Shown: positions 9,944 through 19,925 of the stretch, piece by piece
Position numbering within the stretch: the stretch's first letter is position 1
How the letters are laid out: every line of letters begins with the position of its first letter
NCBI GenBank assembly: GCA_963674735.2
Contig: CAXXQS010000001.1
Span: forward strand, 1,120,001-1,184,000
DNA length: 64,000 nucleotides
Source: Myxococcota bacterium
GTDB lineage: Bacteria > Myxococcota_A > SURF-8
Direction of reading: 5' to 3'
Position numbers and translations under genes: made by a program
Notes under the pieces: model-generated
Seen by the model: the letters and a program-made list of their open reading frames with translations, nothing else
Told to the model about the DNA's origin: nothing
Databases searched by the model: none

Positions 9944-12136
9944 TTATTCGTTCACATCCGGAATATCCGAGGTAGCCGGATCTCCGACAACGGAGAACAT
10001 AATCTTGAATTTATCGATGTATTCCTGTGTGACATCCGACATGCCTTTTCCCTGGCCGTGACCGGCGCGACGGTCGATGTGGAAAAGGATCGGAGCGTCT
10101 GATGCGGTCGCTGCTTGCAGGGCTGCAACAAACTTGGCGGTATGCACCCAATGGACACGCGTGTCGGTATCAGCGGTATGACCGAAAAAGGCCGGGTAAC
10201 GAACTCCGGGAAGAACTTGGTGGTAAGGCGAATAACCAAGCAGATATCCGGTGTCGTCGGGATTGTCGGTCGACCCGTATTCCGGCACCCAAAGTTCACC
10301 TGGAGGGAAACGGTGGTACCGAATCATGTCGTACAATCCAACCGAGGACATTCCCAGAGCGAAAAGGTAGGGGGTGGAAACCGTCATGGCTCCAACCAGC
10401 AATCCGCCGTTTGATCCGCCTTCCAAGACCAGCTTGGCGGGGCGTGTATATCCCTTGGTGATCAGATAGCGGGCGGCATATTCGAAATCCTTGAAAACCT
10501 GGAACTTTTTGCCACGCATTCCGGCTTCATGCCAGGCTTCGCCGTATTCGCCGCCTCCGCGGATATTAGCAACGGCATAGACCCCGCCTCGATCGATCCA
10601 AGTCGCGACGCGCCGTGAAAAATAGGGGGCCATATTCACCTGGAATCCACCGTAACCATAAAGCAGGGTAGGGGTCGAACCGTTGAGAATCAGGCCCTTT
10701 TTGTGTACGATGAACATGTTGACCCGGGTTCCATCGAAGGATGGGTATGTCACTTGATGGGCCTCGAACAAATCCGGGTCCAGCGGGGTTTCGATGGCGG
10801 CAAGAACGCGGGCCGTTGGTTCGGGTGTGTTAAGCGAGGCGCCGTAAAGAGTGGGAGGATGAAAGAAGGAATTGAAAACGAAGGTCAACTCGCCGGTGTC
10901 TTTTTCCAGGTCGTAGCTTTCGATCATGCCGAAGGTCGGGAGAGTCACTTCCGAGATACACTCGCCTGTTATCGAAAAGACGTTCAGATGATGCGAGACC
11001 TTTTTCAACGAGAGAGTCAGAATGCGGTCTATGGCGATTTGAAAGCTTTCAATCGGCCAATCGCTTTCCTGGATGACGGTTTCCCAGTGTTCTGGGGCAG
11101 CCTTTTGGGGCGTAAATGCCACCAGACGGCTTTTAGGAGCCTGATAATTGGTTAGGGCATAGATCTTCCCCTCGACCATTTGAAGGTCTAAAATACTGGC
11201 GTCTAGGTCGGTTAAAAGAGGACGTCGTTTTTTTGTTTTAGTGTCGAAAAGGTAAAGGTCGGTGTTGGACCATCCACGATGTTCGCTGATCAACAAAGTG
11301 TGACCGTCGTCCGACAATTCAAGGCTGGTCCAATCGGTTTTGTCGCGCTTCTCACCGAAGATCAAGGCATCTTTCTGTGGATCATCGCCCAGTTTGTGAT
11401 AATAAGCTTTCCGATTGTAGCGGTCTCCCGCCTCATACCTGGTGTAATAGAAACCGTCTGAATCCGGGGTCCACGCGAGCGATGCGTGTCGCGCTTCAGG
11501 AATGGTGTCGCTAAGAGCCGTATTTGTTTCGACGTCTAAAATGTATAGCGTACTGTTTTCGCTTCCATCTTTCGATAGCCCATAAGCCAGGAGTTTGCCG
11601 TTGGGAGAAGGATAGGCCCAGTCAATGGCGGTCTTGAATTCCGGATCGATCTGATTGGGATTGATAAGCACGCGCTCTCCGGTGGCGTCGCGAACATATA
11701 AAGCGGCCTGTTCCATGTCCCCATCACGCTTGACGAAAAACGTCCGATCTCCCCTGGTTTGAGGGTTGGCAAGATATCCAACGGAAAAATGTGCCTTCAC
11801 CTGCTGTTCCAGCCCTTCAAACTCGTATTGCTCCAGGTAGTGTTGAGTCAGCTTCTGCTGCGCCTCGATCCAGGCTTCCGTCGTTGCTTGGTCATTTTCC
11901 ATCCAGCGATAGGGGTCGGAAATGGAATAGCCATGAATGTCCTCGATTTGAGACAGGTCGGCTGCTGCGGCTGGATAAGTAGGCCGATTCATGGGGGGCG
12001 TCTCAGTATCTTTGCTTTCTGAAGCAGGTTTGGACGAACCGCACCGTTCGGACACGCTTGCACATGCTCCCAGAAGAACCATTATCAAGATCGAGATCAA
12101 ACCTGTGAGCAACATGCGGTGAAGAATAGCAATCAT
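9944..12136 (-). CDS. Prolyl oligopeptidase (S9A), probable lipoprotein
   Basis: DPYRWME, YGYGGF, NIRGGGEYGE.WH, GGSNGGLL (nucleophile), DTRV and AGHG motifs; LGAC lipobox. Start uncertain (12115-12187). Confidence 0.93.
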   Translation of the reverse strand: MIAILHRMLLTGLISILIMVLLGACASVSERCGSSKPASESKDTETPPMNRPTYPAAAADLSQIEDIHGYSISDPYRWMENDQATTEAWIEAQQKLTQHYLEQYEFEGLEQQVKAHFSVGYLANPQTRGDRTFFVKRDGDMEQAALYVRDATGERVLINPNQIDPEFKTAIDWAYPSPNGKLLAYGLSKDGSENSTLYILDVETNTALSDTIPEARHASLAWTPDSDGFYYTRYEAGDRYNRKAYYHKLGDDPQKDALIFGEKRDKTDWTSLELSDDGHTLLISEHRGWSNTDLYLFDTKTKKRRPLLTDLDASILDLQMVEGKIYALTNYQAPKSRLVAFTPQKAAPEHWETVIQESDWPIESFQIAIDRILTLSLKKVSHHLNVFSITGECISEVTLPTFGMIESYDLEKDTGELTFVFNSFFHPPTLYGASLNTPEPTARVLAAIETPLDPDLFEAHQVTYPSFDGTRVNMFIVHKKGLILNGSTPTLLYGYGGFQVNMAPYFSRRVATWIDRGGVYAVANIRGGGEYGEAWHEAGMRGKKFQVFKDFEYAARYLITKGYTRPAKLVLEGGSNGGLLVGAMTVSTPYLFALGMSSVGLYDMIRYHRFPPGELWVPEYGSTDNPDDTGYLLGYSPYHQVLPGVRYPAFFGHTADTDTRVHWVHTAKFVAALQAATASDAPILFHIDRRAGHGQGKGMSDVTQEYIDKFKIMFSVVGDPATSDIPDVNE

Positions 12137-12466
12137 GTGTTGTGCCTTTATTGAAAATTTGGGATCAATCGATTTTCGCTCAGCCACATACTAGCGAATT
12201 CTTGAATACGGGGCAAGTTTGCCATGTTAGGAAACGAAAAAGGTGAGAATCAATGTGAGGTGGAGAATTGCAGATGGGAAGGTGATGAGGGGATTAAATT
12301 CAATTAATAACCGAGTTCTTCTTGATTTTACGGCTTTGTCAATGTAACCTTCTATATAAGCCGTTTCACATGTACGTTTCAGTGCAGAAGTAAAAAGTGT
12401 TGTATATCGTTTCTTTTAAGACAGAGAACGGATCTCTGTTGATAATTGCAAGGGTTTTTGTATCTC

Positions 12467-13003
12467 ATGGCAAGGATTCGAAGCATAGAAGACCACGAAG
12501 TTGATAATGGGTTACGTGAAATCTTCCAGGCATCAAAAAAACGATATAATGTAGTCCCCAATATTATTCGCACATTAGCTCACTGGCCGGACTATCTTCG
12601 CCTGTTTTGGATTACCAACGAAACGATGTTTGAAGACAACGGCGGATCGATTGACCCGGCCACTCGGCATATGATCGCCTTGCTTGTTTGTCGCAATCTG
12701 CATTGCCATTATGGGTATGCGTGGCATATGTTGAATTTGCGGCAATTGGGCGTATCGAGTGAAATGGTTGCCGCATTATCGGAAAGCTTTCGGAATGCAG
12801 AGCTAAGCGATCGCCAAAAAACCATTTTGGCCTACGCCGAAAAGATGACTCGGTCGGCTTATGCCGTTAGCGATCGGGAGATCGATCGGCTGAAAAGCCA
12901 TGACCTTGGTGACAAAGAGATCGTTACAATTACCGCCGTGACGGCTTTTACCACTTCTTACGCTCAAATAGCCCTCGCGCTGGGCGTCCCTTTCGAATCC
13001 TAG
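12467..13003 (+). CDS. AhpD/carboxymuconolactone-decarboxylase-like protein
   Basis: VPNIIRTLAH.P, IALLV...N.HCHY...H, LSDRQK.IL.YAEKMT, ALG pattern. Probable start 12467. Confidence 0.75.
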   Translation: MARIRSIEDHEVDNGLREIFQASKKRYNVVPNIIRTLAHWPDYLRLFWITNETMFEDNGGSIDPATRHMIALLVCRNLHCHYGYAWHMLNLRQLGVSSEMVAALSESFRNAELSDRQKTILAYAEKMTRSAYAVSDREIDRLKSHDLGDKEIVTITAVTAFTTSYAQIALALGVPFES

Positions 13004-13052
13004 ACTCCTAGACGTACAGAGATCAAAAGGAACACCCAGAGAGAGGTCTGGG

Positions 13053-13817
13053 TTACTTTCTGCCGGTTGCCGGTTTGTGCTTGGGACCGGCAGGAGGCGC
13101 CGGGGGCATCCCAGGCATCGTGGGCATGGTTTGCTTGGTATAACCTGCGGGAGGTACGAACAAATCGGCGGTTTCGGGGATTTCCTTAGCTGCCCGCAGT
13201 TCGGTGAACTCGTATTTGCCATCTTCACGGTTACGCACGGTCTTGACCGGAAAGCCTTTCTCGAAGGTCTTAATCAGGCCGGAAAAGAAGGCGGTGGCGG
13301 GAGAGTTCGGATTTTGCGCTCCGGTCATTTGGAAAAAACTTCTGTAGGTTTCCGCGATTCCTGCCTTGTTGAAACGATCGGTTACCCAGATTTCGCCTTG
13401 TGGTTTGCCTTCTTTGATCAAGGTCAGCTTTTTGCAGGTGAAACCGTTTAGCGTTTCCGTTTTTTTACTGTCTTTGATTTGGATGTCCGGGGTGCCTTGC
13501 GCTTCCGAGATTGTTTTCAAGATACGCTGCATCTGTTCGGCCACGGCTTTGATCTGCATCTCCACATAAGCCTTTTGCTCATGCTGGAGAATGTACATGC
13601 GGTCGCCGGCGAAATCCATAATCACGCTTGATTTCATCTGCGGGTTATCGGCGCGCATGCGGTTTTTTCCAAATGTGACAACGGATTGCATACTTGGACC
13701 ATCCGGACCAAGCCCCTCAACCTGTTCCATGCGCCATGCCGCTTGGGAAGGGGCTGCAAAAGAAAAGAAAATGAGGGTGATGAGTGTCGCTAAACAGCCT
13801 TTCGAGATAACGTGCAT
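13053..13817 (-). CDS. Secreted DUF4412-like protein
   Basis: Signal peptide ending SQA; ETLNGFTCKK, EIWVT and LFVPPAGY motifs; Pro-rich tail. Start 13817 has an AAGGAG RBS. Confidence 0.7.
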   Translation of the reverse strand: MHVISKGCLATLITLIFFSFAAPSQAAWRMEQVEGLGPDGPSMQSVVTFGKNRMRADNPQMKSSVIMDFAGDRMYILQHEQKAYVEMQIKAVAEQMQRILKTISEAQGTPDIQIKDSKKTETLNGFTCKKLTLIKEGKPQGEIWVTDRFNKAGIAETYRSFFQMTGAQNPNSPATAFFSGLIKTFEKGFPVKTVRNREDGKYEFTELRAAKEIPETADLFVPPAGYTKQTMPTMPGMPPAPPAGPKHKPATGRK

Positions 13818-13865
13818 CCTTGGCTCCTTACGTGATTGAGGGCACAGCGAAATAAGTTTTAACAT

Positions 13866-14405
13866 TTACTGAACGGGATCGCGATCCGATTCCTCTGGTT
13901 TGTTCGTTCGTTCTGCCTCTGCGGTGGCGGCGTCCGGGTCGACATTGAACGCGTATTTGAGGATGCCGACTTTCCTCGCTTCATCGATGAAATGGATCAC
14001 TCTTCCGTGGGTCACTTCGGTGTCGGCCTGGATGACCATGGTGAGTTCATTGCGCGCGATCAAGCGAAGCTGGCTGCTGGATAGGCTTTTTCCCTCGGTT
14101 TCAAGAGTTTTGCGTTTTTCCTCGATAAAATCGTTGAAAATCTGTGTGAATTCCTCTTGAATATTAGCAGGATCCAGCTCCTTTTCTCCGATCACAACCG
14201 ATCCGTTCTTTCCGAGCAACAAGGAAAATTGGTTGCGTTCCTTGCGTTCACCCGTATCGGCAGAGGGAAGCTCCATATCGATAGCCGGTTTTACGATGAA
14301 CGTGGCCGTGACCATGAAAATGATTAGCAATACCAAGACGATGTCGACAAGTGGGACAACATTGATCTCAGTAATAAGGTCGTCGTTTTGTGCGCCTCCG
14401 TGCAT
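13866..14405 (-). CDS. ExbD/TolR family protein
   Basis: EINVVPLVDIVLVLLIIFMV TM motif and IQAD..V.HG.V...ID. Confidence 0.92.
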   Translation of the reverse strand: MHGGAQNDDLITEINVVPLVDIVLVLLIIFMVTATFIVKPAIDMELPSADTGERKERNQFSLLLGKNGSVVIGEKELDPANIQEEFTQIFNDFIEEKRKTLETEGKSLSSSQLRLIARNELTMVIQADTEVTHGRVIHFIDEARKVGILKYAFNVDPDAATAEAERTNKPEESDRDPVQ

Positions 14406-14416
14406 GATGCGGTCTC

Positions 14417-15067
14417 CTAGTTGGAGGAACCGTCCGACGGCGAAGTCGAACGATTCTCAGCGATGAAGGCGATTAGCGTTCTCTGGATCTGATTGACATT
14501 ACTTAGAATTCGTTTTTGGCGATTTTTAAAATAGTTGAAGAAGATGACGGCCGGAATCGCGACCAGCAATCCAACGGCCGTGGCGACCAAAGCCTCGGCG
14601 ATGCCTGCCATAACGACGGACGGTCCTCCCTGGGCATTGGCGGAGAGATCGTGGAACGCCTTGATGATACCGAGGACCGTTCCCAGAAGGCCGATAAAGG
14701 GCGCGTTGGAGCCGATCGTTCCGAGGATGATCAGGCCTCGGTCGAGCGACTGCTGTTGCTTGAGGGCCATGGATTCCATCAGTTCATTGGCCACCACTTC
14801 GCCTTTGTCGAAATTTCGAAGTCCCTCACCGACGACGGCCGCTTCTGCCGCACGTAGCGAGTCGGTCATGGCAAGGGCGGATTCGAAATCGTCCGCATTA
14901 AGTTTGTCGACTAACTTCGACGCGAATTCGCCAATATCGAGGCGATAGCGAAAGAAGAAAACATAGCGCTCTATAACGACGGCAATTGATAAAAAGCTAA
15001 GGAATATCAACAGGTATAGAATCGGTTCGCCGCCGATCAAGGCGATTTTCAAAAACTGCTCGATCAT
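14417..15067 (-). CDS. MotA/TolQ/ExbB proton channel
   Basis: LGTIGSNAPFIGLLGTVLGII.AF and GIAEALVATAVGLLVAIPA motifs. Confidence 0.95.
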   Translation of the reverse strand: MIEQFLKIALIGGEPILYLLIFLSFLSIAVVIERYVFFFRYRLDIGEFASKLVDKLNADDFESALAMTDSLRAAEAAVVGEGLRNFDKGEVVANELMESMALKQQQSLDRGLIILGTIGSNAPFIGLLGTVLGIIKAFHDLSANAQGGPSVVMAGIAEALVATAVGLLVAIPAVIFFNYFKNRQKRILSNVNQIQRTLIAFIAENRSTSPSDGSSN

Positions 15068-15260
15068 AGCCTAAACCCCTTTTGCAAGCCCTGATTCAAA
15101 GCCGAAGTGATGTTTGAAAGCACAAATACGGACGCATGATTTAGCACCGTCTCAACGGTCGATTAGACTAGCAGATCTGTTTCAGCGGGTCAATCATTCC
15201 GCTTTATCATCTTTCGGGCACCATTTAACACCGATCTTCTACAAGTGCGAGTGAGATGTT

Positions 15261-15284
15261 AATGAAAATGCTTATTGTTTTCAA
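15261..15284. promoter_or_regulatory. Putative overlapping Fur-box-like operator upstream of exbB-exbD
   Basis: AATGAAAATGCTTATTGTTTTCAA contains two staggered imperfect matches to TGAwAAT-N-ATTwTCA. Confidence 0.45.
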
Positions 15285-15504
15285 CAAGAAGTCGATTAAT
15301 TAATGAGAAGCTCGGCATTGAATGCGTATTGACAAAACCTGTTTGACTCAACTGATAAGTGCCGAGAAAAGTAAGGGTGGTTCATGTAACTTCGCGTGTA
15401 CGGTGGGTTTTTAGGCCTTACTAACTTGACGGATTCACGATCGAAGAGGTATAATTAATAGAAAGTGTTTCGAAAAACCTTACTCTTCTGGAAGTAGATC
15501 GAAC

Positions 15505-16737
15505 GTGACCCGACGACTAAGACGCTTACTTCATTCTTTACCGGTGATCGGTCACATGCGACGTAACCGAGAAAATGGCGGGAAAAATAGGGTGGTAACG
15601 AAAATACAACAGTTATACCGTAAATTGAACCCGGCTCCATCGCCGTTTTTCTATCCAGAACAACGCCATGACTATATCTTTAAAAAAATTGCCAAGCGAA
15701 GTATTCAGGTTATTACGGAAGACGACATCACCCTGACCATCACAAACAAGCATCCGCGAATAAAAAGCAAAAACATGTATCCGGTGCTGTGCCTACCGGG
15801 ATTAGCGGAAACCCGCTTCGTTCTCGATCAAGCTCTGGGTAACAGTTTTGTCGATTATCTGGCGCTCAATGGCTTCGACGTTTATATGGCCGAGATGCGG
15901 GGCCATGGTAAAAGCCTGCATCTAAAAGAACGTTACAATTGGAATGTACAGACATTTTTAGACTTTGACGTCCCTGCCATCGTCAATAAGGTTATTGAGG
16001 AATCAGGTCAGAAACAGCTCCTATGGGTTGGACATTCCATGGGAGGAATGCTGCTTTTAGCTTACCTCATTTCGGCCGGCCTTCATAAAGACAAAAACAT
16101 TTACGATTCATCCGTTATTCGGGGCGGCATCACCGTCGGTTCTCCCGTTACCTTCGATCAGCCCTCGCTTGTTGCCTTGTCGCTGCTCTGGCGTTCGACA
16201 CCGTTGTCCCGCTTGCCCTTTCTCCCGACGGATTTTCTGGCCAATCTTCTCTCCGTGATGGGTGTTGTTCTCGATTCGCCGCTCACTTACCATTTCTGGA
16301 ATTGGAAGAATATGGAGCAGAACAACAAGGTTCTGTACCTCAAAGACGGCATCGACAATATGGCTCAGGGCGTGATGCGTGATTTCATGGAGTACGCGCT
16401 GGTGGGGGACTTCTGTTCCTCCGATGGAAAGATCAACTATCGCGAGAATCTGTTCTTGGTCAATACCCCGCTTCTAATGGTGGGCGGATCCAAAGATCCT
16501 CTGGCTTCACCGGATGGTCAAAAGGTCATTTTCGACAACATTTCAAGCCAAGATAAAGAGTTGCGTGTATTTGGAACACGCGGGTTCATGTCGCGTAAAG
16601 GTCAGCGCATCAACATGAAGGACAGAACGGATTACGGTCACGTCGACCTGACGCTCGGCCTCCATTCGAAGGACGAAGTTTGGCCTTACATGTTGAACTG
16701 GCTGCGAAAAAGGGCGAAAGTGAACAACGGAAGCTGA
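15505..16737 (+). CDS. Alpha/beta hydrolase (lipase/PHA-synthase-like)
   Basis: RGHG.S, WVGHSMGG nucleophile elbow, GGSKD.L and YGHVDL motifs. Start codon uncertain. Confidence 0.85.
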   Translation: MTRRLRRLLHSLPVIGHMRRNRENGGKNRVVTKIQQLYRKLNPAPSPFFYPEQRHDYIFKKIAKRSIQVITEDDITLTITNKHPRIKSKNMYPVLCLPGLAETRFVLDQALGNSFVDYLALNGFDVYMAEMRGHGKSLHLKERYNWNVQTFLDFDVPAIVNKVIEESGQKQLLWVGHSMGGMLLLAYLISAGLHKDKNIYDSSVIRGGITVGSPVTFDQPSLVALSLLWRSTPLSRLPFLPTDFLANLLSVMGVVLDSPLTYHFWNWKNMEQNNKVLYLKDGIDNMAQGVMRDFMEYALVGDFCSSDGKINYRENLFLVNTPLLMVGGSKDPLASPDGQKVIFDNISSQDKELRVFGTRGFMSRKGQRINMKDRTDYGHVDLTLGLHSKDEVWPYMLNWLRKRAKVNNGS

Positions 16738-16809
16738 AAACGCTCCTATGCTTTTCTTCTCATGTTTCGACATTCCTGAACCGGTTTGTGTGCATGATTC
16801 GTTGCTGAT

Positions 16810-17577
16810 TTAAGGCTGGGAAGAATCCCCCATCGAATTGACCAGCATCTGAAGATAATCCAAGATAACCTGCTTCTTTTCCGGCTGAGACACGAATGCC
16901 ACTCCCACCATGGCCCGTTCCGTGCTGATTTCCGCGCGCTTGGTCGTAACGAGAAGATCTTTAACTTGTTGCCCATTCGGCAAGTTGAATGAAATTGTGA
17001 ATTCGTCTCCCAAATCGGGTGCCGAGCCCATCTGCAATAGAGCTCCCCCTTCACTTAGGTTGGTAATCCACTCCTTTTCAGGGTCTCCCCCTTCACGTTC
17101 AAAGGGGATCATCACCTGGATGCGGGGAGCGCGACGAAGACTGAACTCTTCGATTCGGTCGGGACACTTCAGGAAGGTCAAAGAGAAGGGTGGTCCAAGA
17201 ACTCGAAGAACGGATGTTTGAAAGCCATAGATGCTACCGTGCATCAGGTAGCGCACGACAAGTGTTTGGTGGTCGCCGTACCGGATGTTCTGGCCGTTGA
17301 TTTTAGGAGTGGTGACAATCAAGTATTGGCCGTCCAGATATCCGATGAGCTGGGTTTTGACTTTTACCACCTTTCCGGCAACTTTGACGTCAATGAAAAA
17401 TTCAGTTCCCACCGGAACCGAATGATCCTGAAAGGAGCTTTGAGGTAGTACCCGAGTTGAGCGACTACTAATGTCAAGCAATCTTCCTAGCTTATCGGTT
17501 TTATCGGATTGCACGGTATCCCTCGGTTTGAAAGTCCCAATCAAACATACCAATTTAGGCAAGGATGCAGCAAACAC
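16810..17577 (-). CDS. YcgR/flagellar-brake-like protein (PilZN plus PilZ c-di-GMP receptor)
   Basis: LIGY..GQYLIV..P, YGFQTSV, RRAPR (RxxxR) and NLSEGG (D/NxSxxG). Start uncertain. Confidence 0.85.
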   Translation of the reverse strand: MFAASLPKLVCLIGTFKPRDTVQSDKTDKLGRLLDISSRSTRVLPQSSFQDHSVPVGTEFFIDVKVAGKVVKVKTQLIGYLDGQYLIVTTPKINGQNIRYGDHQTLVVRYLMHGSIYGFQTSVLRVLGPPFSLTFLKCPDRIEEFSLRRAPRIQVMIPFEREGGDPEKEWITNLSEGGALLQMGSAPDLGDEFTISFNLPNGQQVKDLLVTTKRAEISTERAMVGVAFVSQPEKKQVILDYLQMLVNSMGDSSQP

Positions 17578-17871
17578 AAAGTGCTTACATGCAAGTATAC
17601 ATCAAATCGGAGAAATAGTTTAGATCTTTAGTCCTGGCTGAAAAATAATAACCAATTAACAATTGGGGATTCTTCAGGGGCTATTGGCGAGATATAGTAT
17701 CAAAAGGAGTTCTCGTTAGGCGGAGCGGCCGGGCGAGAGCGCTTTTTTATATGATGGGTGGCGGAAACAAATATCCGCAATTAGACGGTTTCGTTATCAG
17801 ATCGAGATGTGTGTCTTAACCTCTTTCATGCGGTTTTTCTGTATTTTTTGTTCGAACGGGGGGCCGACAAT

Positions 17872-17906
17872 AAAACGGGCACAAAGCCGAAAAGCTAAGT
17901 GCCCGT
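17872..17906 (-). terminator. Probable terminator of tRNA-Pro
   Basis: ACGGGCAC...GTGCCCGT stem followed by further Ts on the minus strand, just past the CCA end. Confidence 0.6.
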
Positions 17907-17912
17907 AATTGC

Positions 17913-17989
17913 TGGTCGGGGCGGCCAGATTTGAACTGGCGACCCTCTGCTCCCAAAGCAGATGCGCTACCAAGCTGCGCTACGCCCCG
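17913..17989 (-). tRNA. tRNA-Pro(UGG)
   Basis: Minus strand reads CGGGGCGTAGCGCAGCTTGGTAGCGCATCTGC-TTTGGGA-GCAGAGGGTCGCCAGTTCAAATCTGGCCGCCCCGACCA: a 77-nt cloverleaf with encoded CCA. Confidence 0.98.
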
Positions 17990-18170
17990 TATAGATGGCG
18001 AAGGATACTCAGGACAGGCTGTCCTGACAAGTTTTTTTTCTTTTCATTTTTTCTCTGTTATCCGACATTGTGAATTGCTGTTTGAGGCGGTATACTTCTT
18101 CAAATCGTGGGCGGCGCATACCCACTTGCCCAATTGTACGTAACAGCAACAGGGGACGGACAACCGGACG

Positions 18171-19880
18171 ATGGTGGATTCCAATTCCTTACTGATTCTT
18201 GCAGTCATTCTGATTGCCGGAGCGCTCGGAGGCGAACTGGCCCGAAAGGTCCGTTTGCCGTCCGTGACCGGTCAAATCCTCGCAGGGATGATCATGGGTC
18301 CTTCCTTGCTGGGCATCTTCAGTCCCGATGTCGGCCATGATTTAAAACCTTTTACGCACTTCGCGTTGGGCTTGATTGCCATGGCGGTCGGAAACCATCT
18401 CAACCTGACTCGTCTGCGTAATGCGGGAAAACGATTGTTGTGGCTGCTGCTTTTCGAGTCCATGATCACCCCCGCGCTGGTGTTTGCGGTTGTGTGGTTG
18501 ATGCCGGGTTCCAGTTTGTCGTTGGCGTTGTTGTTGGGAGCGATGGCCGTTTCGACGGCTCCGGCAACGATTGTTGCCATTGTCAGCGAGACCCGCTCGA
18601 AGGGTATTTTTGTTAAAACATTGGTTGCAGCGGTTGCGTTGAACAACATCATGTGCATTTTGTTGTTCGAACTCGCCTATACCGCAGTCGGGGCTCAATT
18701 GGACCCCACGTTAAAGCAGGGGGTTTGGGGTATCTTAATGGCGCCGCTCAAAGAACTGGGGTTGGCGTTGCTGTTGGGCGGGAGTGTGGCGGTGGCGCTT
18801 GTGATCGCCACTCGGAAAGTGATTCGCAGCGATCGGTTGGCAACCGTTTCGATTATTGCCATCTTCCTTGTCACGGGTATTGCCGATCATTTCGGCTTAT
18901 CGATGATGCTTTCAGCTCTGTTTTTGGGTGTCGGATTGGCCAACTTGACACCTGAAAAAGAAGAACTGGGTCACGGGGTGTTTGTCAACTTGGAGTCGGC
19001 CATTTTCGCCGTCTTTTTTACCTTGGCCGGACTTGAGCTTGACTTGTCGGTCGCGCTTACGGGCGGGTTGCTTTCATTGGTCGTTGTGACGGCTCGTTTG
19101 CTTGGGAAAGTTGCGGCCGGCAACCTGGCCATGCGTTTGGCAAGTGCAACGGAGAGATTGAGAAAATATATCGGTCTCGGGTTAATCCCGCAAGCGGGTG
19201 TTGCCGTCGGTCTAATTTTTCTGGTGCTGGAAAATCCGGCGTTTGCGCCCATCCACCAGACAATTCTGGCTGTGGGTTTGACGTCGGTTCTCGCCAACGA
19301 ATTAATCGGTCCGATCCTCACCAAATTGGCTCTGACGCGTTCGGGCGATTTTGGAAAAGATCGTGCGCGACTTATCGATTTTCTGCACGAAGAGCATATC
19401 GTGACCGATTTTCATGCCAAGACGAAAGAGGAAGCGATCGAGAAGTTGACGGACTTGCTGATCCAAACTCACCACCTTCGCGTCAGCCGAAGTAGCCTTT
19501 TAAAGTCGATTCTGGATCGAGAGCGGGAAATCTCCACCTGCATTGGAAACGGGGTTGCGATTCCACATGGTATTTTAGAGAAAGGGCGTGGCGATAATAT
19601 CGTGGGGGTTATGGCTATTAGTCGAAAAGGTCTCGATATGGAAACGCCCGATGGGGCTCCGGTACATTGCATGGTGCTGCTGGCAACCCCGCCCAGTCAA
19701 CGTAATCGCCACTTGGAAGTTCTGGCCGCGTTGGCGCGTGCCATCGGGTCCGATCGAAACATACAACGTCAGCTTTTCAATTCAAAATCCCCGGCGCATG
19801 TCTGCGATATTCTGCACGCTGAAGAATCCGAAGATTTCAATTATTTCATGGATATCCCTTCGAACGAAGAGACGGCTTGA
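18171..19880 (+). CDS. Cation:proton antiporter fused to a C-terminal PTS EIIA (Ntr/Fru-type) domain
   Basis: LPSVTG.ILAG..MGP, STAPA, FFTLAG and PQAGVAVGL membrane domain, followed by RE...STCIGNGVAIPHG...PDG.PV...HLEVLAALA. Confidence 0.9.
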   Translation: MVDSNSLLILAVILIAGALGGELARKVRLPSVTGQILAGMIMGPSLLGIFSPDVGHDLKPFTHFALGLIAMAVGNHLNLTRLRNAGKRLLWLLLFESMITPALVFAVVWLMPGSSLSLALLLGAMAVSTAPATIVAIVSETRSKGIFVKTLVAAVALNNIMCILLFELAYTAVGAQLDPTLKQGVWGILMAPLKELGLALLLGGSVAVALVIATRKVIRSDRLATVSIIAIFLVTGIADHFGLSMMLSALFLGVGLANLTPEKEELGHGVFVNLESAIFAVFFTLAGLELDLSVALTGGLLSLVVVTARLLGKVAAGNLAMRLASATERLRKYIGLGLIPQAGVAVGLIFLVLENPAFAPIHQTILAVGLTSVLANELIGPILTKLALTRSGDFGKDRARLIDFLHEEHIVTDFHAKTKEEAIEKLTDLLIQTHHLRVSRSSLLKSILDREREISTCIGNGVAIPHGILEKGRGDNIVGVMAISRKGLDMETPDGAPVHCMVLLATPPSQRNRHLEVLAALARAIGSDRNIQRQLFNSKSPAHVCDILHAEESEDFNYFMDIPSNEETA

Positions 19881-19925
19881 GCATTTTGGGGCGTGCGAAG
19901 ATTTGAGAAGATCGTAATAGCAGGT

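Noticed and set aside
17872-17989. Island integrated at tRNA-Pro, or a c-di-GMP riboswitch before the PilZ gene
   Set aside because: I found no duplicate of the tRNA 3' end and no adjacent integrase. The GAAA-loop hairpin is on the wrong strand, lacks the second riboswitch stem and fits a terminator.
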